Source: a virus (taxonomy: Duplodnaviria > Caudoviricetes). From it: a DNA stretch of 64,000 bases. Positions 36,511-43,543 of the stretch are shown here, in pieces (positions within the stretch are counted from its first letter, which is position 1; every line of letters starts with the position of its first letter). The stretch lies in IMG/VR virus record IMGVR_UViG_3300046004_001292, positions 1,395-65,394 of that record; one strand, written 5' to 3'. The notes beneath the pieces are model-generated. The model did not search any database and was not told where the DNA came from. It saw nothing but the letters and a program-made list of their open reading frames with translations. The position numbers and the translations under genes are program-made.

Positions 36511-37536
36511 TTAGAACGCCCCGCCTTGGTAGCCCATGGGCTGTTGTTGCTGCTGCGGTTGCTGGATTGGCAGTTGCATTGGTTGCTGTTGCTGCATTGA
36601 GCGGTTTTGCGTCTGTTGGCCAAAACCACCAAAGCCGCCGCCACCCATGAACGGGTTCTGCATCTGCTGGCCGTAGCCGCCCATGCCGCCAAAACCACCA
36701 AAGCCGCCACCGCCCATGAAGGGGTTCATTTGCTGTTGGCCAAAGCCGCCCATGCCCCCGCCCATGAAGGGGTTCATCTGTTGTTGGCCAAAGCCACCGT
36801 AGCCGCCAAAGCCGCCCCCGCCCATGAAGGGGTTCATCTGCTGGCCAAAGCCGCCCATGAACGGGTTCATTTGCTGTTGGCCAAAACCACCAAAGCCGCC
36901 GCCACCCATGAAGGGATTCATCTGCTGTTGGCCAAAACCACCAAAGCCGCCACCGCCCATGAAGGGGTTCTGCTGCTGTTGGCCAAAGCCGTTGTAGCGG
37001 CCACCCAAAGGCCTGTTTTGGCGGGATGGGCGGCTCATCTGCTGCTGGGGATCGTAATCGCTGCGCGGGCCATCGGCAGATAGTAGGGGTCCCCGACCGT
37101 CATAGGTTCCCATCATGCCGGGCGTGTCCCGACCATCCCGGTACGTGCCTGTGGTTTCATCAAAGTCGGGAGTGCCCCCAATGTAGCCAAGGTCGTTGTT
37201 CTGCGTAGGTGGTGGGTTCTTTATGCGGTGTGGGCCGCGAGGACCAAACATAACGGGGTCGCTGCCCTCAAACGGCAGGGGTGTTGTTCCGCCGGTTTGC
37301 GGAGGGTAACCCGGGGGGCGCATGCCGCCATCGCCGTCCATGATGACCGGCTCTTGGCCATATCCCGGAGGCAGTTTGTTGGTGGGGCGGTTTGTCGTCC
37401 CACCCAGCATGCCCGGTTGCCGCTGGCTGTAACGGGGATCGTCTGACGACAAAGGGCGCAGGTCGCGGGACTCTGCGCCAGTTGCAGGGTTGTATTGCGA
37501 GCCGCCGTACACGGGGCCGGATGGGTACTGGTACAT
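36511..37536 (-). CDS. Low-complexity, prion-like protein with QQQMNPFMGGGGFGGFG repeats
   Basis: Open 341-aa frame abutting both neighbours (TAATG coupling); seven NPFMGG repeat units. Confidence 0.7.
   Translation of the reverse strand: MYQYPSGPVYGGSQYNPATGAESRDLRPLSSDDPRYSQRQPGMLGGTTNRPTNKLPPGYGQEPVIMDGDGGMRPPGYPPQTGGTTPLPFEGSDPVMFGPRGPHRIKNPPPTQNNDLGYIGGTPDFDETTGTYRDGRDTPGMMGTYDGRGPLLSADGPRSDYDPQQQMSRPSRQNRPLGGRYNGFGQQQQNPFMGGGGFGGFGQQQMNPFMGGGGFGGFGQQQMNPFMGGFGQQMNPFMGGGGFGGYGGFGQQQMNPFMGGGMGGFGQQQMNPFMGGGGFGGFGGMGGYGQQMQNPFMGGGGFGGFGQQTQNRSMQQQQPMQLPIQQPQQQQQPMGYQGGAF
36614..36990 (-). repeat. Coding tandem repeat, seven units of about 36-69 nt
   Basis: Recurrent CCCATGAA(G/C)GG(G/A)TTC and TGGCCAAA blocks, with synonymous variation between units. 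Confidence 0.9.
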
Positions 37537-37769
37537 TATCTGAACCTCGCGGTTTTTGCTGCCACTTTGGGCGGCTGTTTCACAAACTGCTTGCCCACGG
37601 CTTTACCCGCACGCTTGGCTTTTGTGGTGGCCGCATACTCTGCGGGGCTGAGCGATTTTATCGCCTTCTCTGGCAAATAACGCTCCCCCGTCTTGGAAGA
37701 CGGCTTCCCACTCTTGGTGCGCCACTTCTGGTCGCCCCAGTCTTTGAGGGATTGCTGGGGCGCTTTCAT
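37536..37769 (-). CDS. Small basic protein, DUF5872-like C-terminal half
   Basis: QSLKDW..QKW...ERYLP.KA...LS...Y. Confidence 0.65.
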   Translation of the reverse strand: MKAPQQSLKDWGDQKWRTKSGKPSSKTGERYLPEKAIKSLSPAEYAATTKAKRAGKAVGKQFVKQPPKVAAKTARFR

Positions 37770-38170
37770 TACACCATCCGACCTTTGGTCTTACCGCGTT
37801 GAGCGCAGCCATCGGCGCGTTTGGAGGCAGAAACAACCCCGCCTTTTTTCATGCCGCGAGCTTCCCGGCGTTCTTCCGCAGCGGCTTCTTTACGAGCTTG
37901 GCGCACGGTCGGATCGTCCGCAGATTCCCCGACGGTTTTATCACCTGCACGCCACACTTTGTCTTGTGCTTTGCCTGCAGCATAACGTGCGCCAGCGCTG
38001 CGGGAAGTACCGTACCCACCATCGTCCTGACCCACCATACGTGCCAGTTTACGCCCCGTAGGCTCTTTCATGGCGTTGCGATCTTCGTTAAAAACGAGAC
38101 CTAGCTCCGTAAAATCTTCAAGGCGCTTCTCTTCCTTGAGCCGCTTGGCGTTTGGGGTTTCTTTAGTCAC
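37769..38170 (-). CDS. Hypothetical protein with C-terminal MKKGG...RADGCAQRGKTKG tag
   Basis: GGAGG RBS before GTG 38170. Confidence 0.65.
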   Translation of the reverse strand: MTKETPNAKRLKEEKRLEDFTELGLVFNEDRNAMKEPTGRKLARMVGQDDGGYGTSRSAGARYAAGKAQDKVWRAGDKTVGESADDPTVRQARKEAAAEERREARGMKKGGVVSASKRADGCAQRGKTKGRMV

Positions 38171-38438
38171 GGTAGCCACCTCCGGCTGCTTTGTATTTCT
38201 TGGCCACAAGCTGCGCTTTGCGGGCTGACCACTGGCCTGCCCCGGTGCCCTGCGTTGCAGCAGCTTTGACTTGGCTCACGATACGCTTGCGCAGATCGGG
38301 CTTGGTGTAGTTGCCAGCCGCATTGACTTTGCCGCCTTCAGCGTACTGCGTGAAGTCGGTGTCATCCCGGCGTGCTTTTTTCACGCCTTTGGGCATCTTG
38401 GAAGGGAGCACTGCCCCCATGCCGCGACTGGCCATCAT
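38163..38438 (-). CDS. Small basic protein, DUF5872-like N-terminal half
   Basis: YAEGG, then NYTKP.LR...GQWSARKAQL....YK..GGGY. Confidence 0.7.
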   Translation of the reverse strand: MMASRGMGAVLPSKMPKGVKKARRDDTDFTQYAEGGKVNAAGNYTKPDLRKRIVSQVKAAATQGTGAGQWSARKAQLVAKKYKAAGGGYRD

Positions 38439-38439
38439 G

Positions 38440-38769
38440 TCAGCAGGCCTTGCCGCCCATGGCCATCTTGACCATGGTGCCCTTGGTGTGACCCTTGGAC
38501 ACGCAGCCGTCGGCACGCGTGACGCCGCCCTTGGCCATTTTTTTCATCGGCATGTCCGCTTTAGCACCTGCCTTGTTTTTCGCAATCATCGCTTTGAAAG
38601 CGGGGTTCATTTTCGTTGCCATATCGCCACCTTTTGAAAATTTGCGGCCCTTGTCCGCGTTGGAAAAATCTTTGCCCACGGACTGTGGGACACCTGTTTT
38701 CTTCGCAAAGGCTGGGTTGTTGGCCACAGCCGCCATGAAGTTGTGTTGCTTTTTACTCGTGCTGGGCAT
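38440..38769 (-). CDS. Small basic protein with three xxGG tags
   Basis: MPSTSKKQHNFMAAVA...FSKGG...MAKGG...RADGC..KG.TKG...MAMGG. Confidence 0.7.
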   Translation of the reverse strand: MPSTSKKQHNFMAAVANNPAFAKKTGVPQSVGKDFSNADKGRKFSKGGDMATKMNPAFKAMIAKNKAGAKADMPMKKMAKGGVTRADGCVSKGHTKGTMVKMAMGGKAC

Positions 38770-38998
38770 TGCCGCCTCGCAGGTTGTCAATCTTGCGCTC
38801 CAGCCGATCAAACCGGTCCATCAACTGCTGCATGTCGGCCCGGAACTCCGAGCGCGTGATGTGATCCCGTGCCACTTCCTCGCGGGTGCGGTTGAGCAGA
38901 ATGCCAAGACGATTGATCTCGGCAAACCTTTCTTTCAAAACGAACCCCAGCATGGCCACAACGGCTGTGAGCACAAGGTTCCAGACCATCATTTCCAT
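38753..38998 (-). CDS. Single-TM plus coiled-coil protein
   Basis: Hydrophobic N-terminus, then LNRTREEVARDH...DRLERKID. Confidence 0.7.
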   Translation of the reverse strand: MEMMVWNLVLTAVVAMLGFVLKERFAEINRLGILLNRTREEVARDHITRSEFRADMQQLMDRFDRLERKIDNLRGGNAQHE

Positions 38999-38999
38999 G

Positions 39000-39254
39000 T
39001 CAGCACTTCCACGCCCGCAGGCTCTTGTTGATGCGGGAGTTCGGGTCCTTCTTGGCCTTCTCTCCGGTCAGCTTCTCTTTCATGCCTTCCATACGGGCAC
39101 AAAAAGAGTCGCGGCGTTTGCCGCCCTCTGGCTGGGGAGCCTTCAGGCCGGGTTTGCCGGGGTTGGCCTTGTTGTACGAGGCGCGCCCTTTCGCGTTCAG
39201 GCCACCCTTTTCGGATTTGCCTTCTTTGCGTGTCCATGCAGGCGACTTAGCCAT
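39000..39254 (-). CDS. Small basic protein
   Basis: GGLNAKGRASY...RRDSFCARM...SRINKSLRAWKC. Confidence 0.75.
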   Translation of the reverse strand: MAKSPAWTRKEGKSEKGGLNAKGRASYNKANPGKPGLKAPQPEGGKRRDSFCARMEGMKEKLTGEKAKKDPNSRINKSLRAWKC

Positions 39255-39534
39255 AGAACACCGTGATTTTTGCGGCGGCTGGGAGCGTCACATGGACGTT
39301 CGTACGAAACAAAATCCCTTGGCCGGGAAGTGGCATCGTGATTGGTTGCGTGCCCGTTGCAATGTTGAACTGCAACAAGATGGTGCCGCCTGCGCCGCCA
39401 TCACGAAAAATAACATCCCCGGCGGTTCCGCCAGAAATGCAGTGATAGGCTCTGACGCGAGTGCGGTACGCCACCACGGTAGCCGTAGCTTCGGTGTGTA
39501 CCGATAGGACGTCGGTTTGCATCGTCATAATCAA
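39247..39534 (-). CDS. Small beta-rich virion protein
   Basis: AGGAG RBS; PGQGILF...TVFYG. Confidence 0.7.
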   Translation of the reverse strand: MIMTMQTDVLSVHTEATATVVAYRTRVRAYHCISGGTAGDVIFRDGGAGGTILLQFNIATGTQPITMPLPGQGILFRTNVHVTLPAAAKITVFYG

Positions 39535-39571
39535 TCTCCTGTTTTGCAGAGGCCGAGGCCCCCGAGACTAA

Positions 39572-39808
39572 TTAACCGGCGGAAACTTTGAGGGTGCCTG
39601 CATCGTTCCAGAGACGGCCAGCAACTGTGGGGTCTGCTGTTGGCAGTGCGGTCATGGAGATGGATGCGTTGGTCAGCGATGCGACGCCAGAAGCTGTCAG
39701 CGTGGTAGCTGCAACAGCGCCGGTAACGGTGCCAGTGACGTTGCCAGTGATGTTGCCCTCAAAACCGTTGTCGGATTTGACGGGACCGGAGAAGGTAGTG
39801 CGTGCCAT
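39572..39808 (-). CDS. Small virion (head fibre/decoration-like) protein
   Basis: MARTTFSGPV start; LPTADP.VAG.LWND.G.LKVSAG end. Confidence 0.7.
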   Translation of the reverse strand: MARTTFSGPVKSDNGFEGNITGNVTGTVTGAVAATTLTASGVASLTNASISMTALPTADPTVAGRLWNDAGTLKVSAG

Positions 39809-39890
39809 GATGGGTTCCTCATGCGGTTAAGGCGTATCTGTCTGCATGACGTCGGCCCGGAGCCGTCAGATACACCGGAAAGTCCGGGGA
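39809..39890 (-). ncRNA. Candidate cis-regulatory double-pseudoknot leader RNA
   Basis: 10-bp stem with a G-U pair valid on the - strand, plus two 6-bp loop pairings, one of which overlaps the SD. Confidence 0.55.
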
Positions 39891-39905
39891 GTGTGGGCAA
39901 TATAA

Positions 39906-39940
39906 CCCAAAAGAAAAGGGCCCACAAGGGGCCCTTCTCA
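39906..39940 (-). terminator. Intrinsic terminator after the major capsid gene
   Basis: AAGGGCCC-CTTGT-GGGCCCTT followed by TTCTTTT on the - strand. Confidence 0.85.
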
Positions 39941-39955
39941 TTTAAGCCCAAGGGC

Positions 39956-40888
39956 TTAGGACGAACCGGAGCTGCCCCAGATACCCAATGGGTCAGACCA
40001 GCCGAACGAATAACGCTCGCGGGCCTTGTAGCGGACGTTGCCGGTGTCGAAATCACCATCCATCGAGGTGGCCAAGGCGGCGCGCTCGAAGTGCTTCAGG
40101 CCGTTTGGAACGTCTGTGGTCAGGAACCAAGCGTTGTTGTCGGTCAAGAAGTGGTTGACGGTGTAGCCACCGGAGATGGTGCCCATCTGCTTCAACGCGT
40201 TGATGTCGTTGTCGGCAGTGCCCACACGCAGTTCGGTGTCCAGCAAGCGCTTGGCAACGAACATCAGTGATGGAGGGATCACCAGCTTGACTGGCTTGGC
40301 TGCAATCAGCAGTTGACGCTCGTCCGTCCAAGCAGCGATCTGGATCGTTGCGTTTTCCAGCGACGTCTCGTTCAAGTCCACACCAGTTGTTGGGCTGTTG
40401 TAGTTCACGCCGCCGCCCACGAGTGGGTGGCCAACGCGAGTGCCGGAGCTGTTGTTGCCGAACAAGGAGACGCCGTCGCCGCCGGGGGCAGCACCGGAGA
40501 AGCCAGTGTTCAACACGGACGCAGCTTTGACCTGCTTGGTGTAGGCCATGCCACGGGCCAGTGCCTTGGTGTAGCGGGCGGACAAGCTGTCGTACAGGTT
40601 GTCTTCCACAGCTTCTTCAGTGATGGAGAAGCCCAGAGCGATGGTTTCGTGGGTGTAGCGAGCAGTGAAGGCTTCTTGCGCGTTGTCGTAAGCGATGGCG
40701 GAGCCTTCGTTCTTGACAGGTGCAGCACCAAAGCCGGACAGCTTGGTTTCTTCTTCGAACGAACGCTCAGATTTCTCTGTTTCGTACAGTTCTTTGTGCT
40801 CTTCGCCGTAGCGTTTGTACTCCAAACCGAACAAGGCGTTCAGGCCGGGGAGCAGCTCTTTGAGCAGTTGTGCGCGTGAAATTGCCAT
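39956..40888 (-). CDS. Major capsid protein
   Basis: 310 aa; follows the scaffold and decoration genes and precedes a strong terminator; AARYTHET-like ARYTHETIALGF.ITEEA and YKARERYSFGWSD motifs. Confidence 0.85.
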   Translation of the reverse strand: MAISRAQLLKELLPGLNALFGLEYKRYGEEHKELYETEKSERSFEEETKLSGFGAAPVKNEGSAIAYDNAQEAFTARYTHETIALGFSITEEAVEDNLYDSLSARYTKALARGMAYTKQVKAASVLNTGFSGAAPGGDGVSLFGNNSSGTRVGHPLVGGGVNYNSPTTGVDLNETSLENATIQIAAWTDERQLLIAAKPVKLVIPPSLMFVAKRLLDTELRVGTADNDINALKQMGTISGGYTVNHFLTDNNAWFLTTDVPNGLKHFERAALATSMDGDFDTGNVRYKARERYSFGWSDPLGIWGSSGSS

Positions 40889-40901
40889 GGTGAGTTACTC
40901 C

Positions 40902-41504
40902 TTACAGGCCGACGTTGTTCAGGTACGAGTGTGCACTGGGGTTGAACTTAACCAACACATCAGTGAACGCATCGCCGGGAGTGGACGCAAAGCCCACGAT
41001 ACGGAAGGCTGCAGCGGTGGTCACCACAGTGGCATCCAATGCGCTGTTCGACACGCCAGTCTGGGTAGAACCAGTGCTGGTGCTCTGCGCAGCGGCAAAG
41101 AAGGTGTTGGTGCCCAACACGGTCTGTGCGCCGGAGCCGTCCAACTGTGCTTGGAACACGACGTTGGGGTCAGTGATGACCTTGGCCGACACCACGCCGG
41201 TTGTGCCGGAGGGGTAGAACTGGCTGAAGATCAACTGGCCTTGGGCGTTGAAGTACTCGCAGCCGACGAACACGCCGATTGCGCCAATACCGTTGCCGCC
41301 AAGGTTGTTGGTGGTGATGTCAGCGCCAGTGGCGGTAGACAGGGCCAAATAGCCGTCAGCGCCAATGATGACGACTTGGCCATAGAAGAGGTTGGTGGCT
41401 TCGCCAGCGGGGTCAATCAGAAAAGTCTGAGTTGCACCAGCATAAGGCATGCCATCAACGCGATTTACGGGGCGCAGCCCGTAGGGAGAAGCGGTTGTTG
41501 CCAT
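40902..41504 (-). CDS. Capsid decoration/cement-like protein
   Basis: PYGLRPV, GVFVGCEY and DPNVVF; immediately upstream of the major capsid gene. Confidence 0.65.
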   Translation of the reverse strand: MATTASPYGLRPVNRVDGMPYAGATQTFLIDPAGEATNLFYGQVVIIGADGYLALSTATGADITTNNLGGNGIGAIGVFVGCEYFNAQGQLIFSQFYPSGTTGVVSAKVITDPNVVFQAQLDGSGAQTVLGTNTFFAAAQSTSTGSTQTGVSNSALDATVVTTAAAFRIVGFASTPGDAFTDVLVKFNPSAHSYLNNVGL

Positions 41505-41518
41505 TTAAGGACTCCTTG

Positions 41519-41977
41519 TTACTTTGAACCAGAACCAAAACCGCCACCGCGACTGGTCGTTGACTTGCGGTCAGCGAAAAGTGGCATGCGGGGGTCGTTG
41601 TTTCGCATGAAGCTGTTGTCGACAGATTCCATCTGGGCCTGCGCTTGTTTGGCGTAATACTCGTCCCGGGCCTGTGCGCGTTCACGCGGCATCTTGCAGA
41701 GCATGAGGCCACCGAGTTCGACGTTTCCGGTCTTTGCATTTCCTTCAAGCATGAGCTCAGGATGGTCGACTGCTTTCACCGGTTCCCAGCCTTCACGCAT
41801 CTTGGTAGACACGTTCGTGTTCTGGGCTTCGCCAAGCACGTGTGTCGCAATCCAGCGATAAACGTAACCGGGCTCAGGTGTCGGATCGGGCAGTGCGCTC
41901 GGAGGTGTGTAAACGATCCGAGAAGTTTTATCGCGTGCCTCAAGGGCGCGGGGGTTCCGGTTGAGTGTTTCAGCCAT
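41519..41977 (-). CDS. Conserved head-assembly protein
   Basis: YRWI...REGWEPV...GGLMLCKMP. Confidence 0.7.
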   Translation of the reverse strand: MAETLNRNPRALEARDKTSRIVYTPPSALPDPTPEPGYVYRWIATHVLGEAQNTNVSTKMREGWEPVKAVDHPELMLEGNAKTGNVELGGLMLCKMPRERAQARDEYYAKQAQAQMESVDNSFMRNNDPRMPLFADRKSTTSRGGGFGSGSK

Positions 41978-42911
41978 TCGATTTCTCCAGTTTTGCTACT
42001 TCAGCAGCGTATTGCTGCGGGGTCAGTCCGTACTTTTTTGCCAGCGCAACTTGCGTCGGTGTTAGCTGGACTTTTCGGGCTCCAGTCGAACGGGTCGCTG
42101 GGGCCACGACAGAAGCAGGTCGTCGGGAGCCATCGCCGGTCTTCGGCCGGTCTTCATTTCCGAACACGTCCGGGAATGTCGACTTCATGCGAGCGTCGAT
42201 TCGCTCGAAGTATTCGTCAGAGCGGGGATCAAGCCCCGTGTTCACTAGCTTTTGGTGCAGCCCTAGTGCGAAGCTGGTGTGTTCTTCAAAACCTGACGCC
42301 CCAAACCACTGGTTTTTTGCCTGCCAGCGCAGAGTCTTTTCGTCGACTTGAGGTGCAGCGTCTTGCTGTTGATACGTTTGTACCGCAGGTTCGTCCACCT
42401 GTAAAGGGGTGTGACGGAAATTTTTTGCAGCTTCCGCACGCATCTTGGCGTCCATCAACGCTTCTTGCGCAGCGATCATGGCTTCTGTGTCAAAGGACTC
42501 GTTGGCTTCTTTCAAAGCGCGCTTGGCCTTGTCGACTTCGTTGTCTGCAATGTGTTTGACAGAGGCGGCGTAGTGCTCGGAGCCGTTGTTCACGTACTGC
42601 TTGAGCTTGTTGTTCTCCGCCATCATGTGCTGTGCAAGGCGCTCCAGCTCCTGCTTCTCGCGCAAGAGCGACTCCTTGGCCCGGCGCTCATCGTGGCGTG
42701 CGTGGGTCAGGTCCTTGATGCGCTTCTTGACGTTGTCGGAGTAGTTTTCGATCTCCTCGTCAGTGGGGTCGGCCACTTCGCGGTCCAGCGGCTTGCGGCC
42801 ACGGTCCCGCTCAGGGGTGTCGTCGACGATCTCAATCTCGACGTCGGTGTCTGTGACTACCTCGACGTTGGTCTCATCGACCTCGTCGGGGAACTTGTAG
42901 GACTCAGCCAT
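41970..42911 (-). CDS. Scaffolding protein
   Basis: Acidic N-terminus, long coiled coil, C-terminal LTPTQVALAKKYGLTPQQYA; start at ATG 42911 with AAGGAG RBS. Confidence 0.75.
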   Translation of the reverse strand: MAESYKFPDEVDETNVEVVTDTDVEIEIVDDTPERDRGRKPLDREVADPTDEEIENYSDNVKKRIKDLTHARHDERRAKESLLREKQELERLAQHMMAENNKLKQYVNNGSEHYAASVKHIADNEVDKAKRALKEANESFDTEAMIAAQEALMDAKMRAEAAKNFRHTPLQVDEPAVQTYQQQDAAPQVDEKTLRWQAKNQWFGASGFEEHTSFALGLHQKLVNTGLDPRSDEYFERIDARMKSTFPDVFGNEDRPKTGDGSRRPASVVAPATRSTGARKVQLTPTQVALAKKYGLTPQQYAAEVAKLEKSNG

Positions 42912-42921
42912 TTTTACTCCT

Positions 42922-43356
42922 TCATGCGCGGGTGTAGCCGCGAGGGTCTTGCACAACACATTCAATTTGGTCGTCGTTCAGAATCCTGAACTCCTTGCCA
43001 AACACCTTGAAACGCGTACCGGTGTAGGTACGCACGAGCACAAAGTCGCCCTCTTTGCACCACGCTCCCGACGGGAACTTGGCAGGGTCTTTGTACGCGT
43101 CTGGGCCAACACGCAAAACAAACAACACGGTTGTGGCGTGTTCTTCGGCGCGCAGGGTGGCGGCATCTCGAACGAGGTCGAGCGATGTGCCAGCGATCTT
43201 TTCATCGACGTTGGGGACAATGCACAGCAGCTTGTAGCCCGTCGGAACCGGCAGTGCTGACGCTTTTTCGTCGCTGCTGGCCGCTTCGTCTGGGGCGTCA
43301 ATTGGCTGGATGTGTTTGGGCAAAGTGATGCCCGGAGGCAGAATGATTTCACTCAT
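42922..43356 (-). CDS. GroES (Cpn10)-like co-chaperonin
   Basis: P.GYKLL, VLRVGPDAY, KEGDFVL...YTGTRF and RILNDDQI. Confidence 0.8.
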   Translation of the reverse strand: MSEIILPPGITLPKHIQPIDAPDEAASSDEKASALPVPTGYKLLCIVPNVDEKIAGTSLDLVRDAATLRAEEHATTVLFVLRVGPDAYKDPAKFPSGAWCKEGDFVLVRTYTGTRFKVFGKEFRILNDDQIECVVQDPRGYTRA

Positions 43357-43543
43357 CTGATTTCTCAACTTTCTCTGCAAGGTCTAGGAGATGACGCTCT
43401 GCGGTCGCAAGACCCTGAATGATTCCGCAGAGTTTTTGGTATTCGTCAAAGTTGCGGCATGCACCACTGGCCAAGTCATCGGCGTAGTTGTTCATGTCGG
43501 TGCGTAATTTCTCGCGCAATACGCGTGCGAAGTCTTGGATCAT
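43349..43543 (-). CDS. Hypothetical protein
   Basis: EYQKLCGIIQGL; coupled to both the portal and GroES genes. Confidence 0.75.
   Translation of the reverse strand: MIQDFARVLREKLRTDMNNYADDLASGACRNFDEYQKLCGIIQGLATAERHLLDLAEKVEKSDE

Noticed and set aside
36614-36990. NPF repeats as eukaryotic EH-domain ligands implying a eukaryotic host
   Set aside because: SD sequences, sigma70-like promoters, holin/endolysin and a lipoprotein all indicate a bacterial host.
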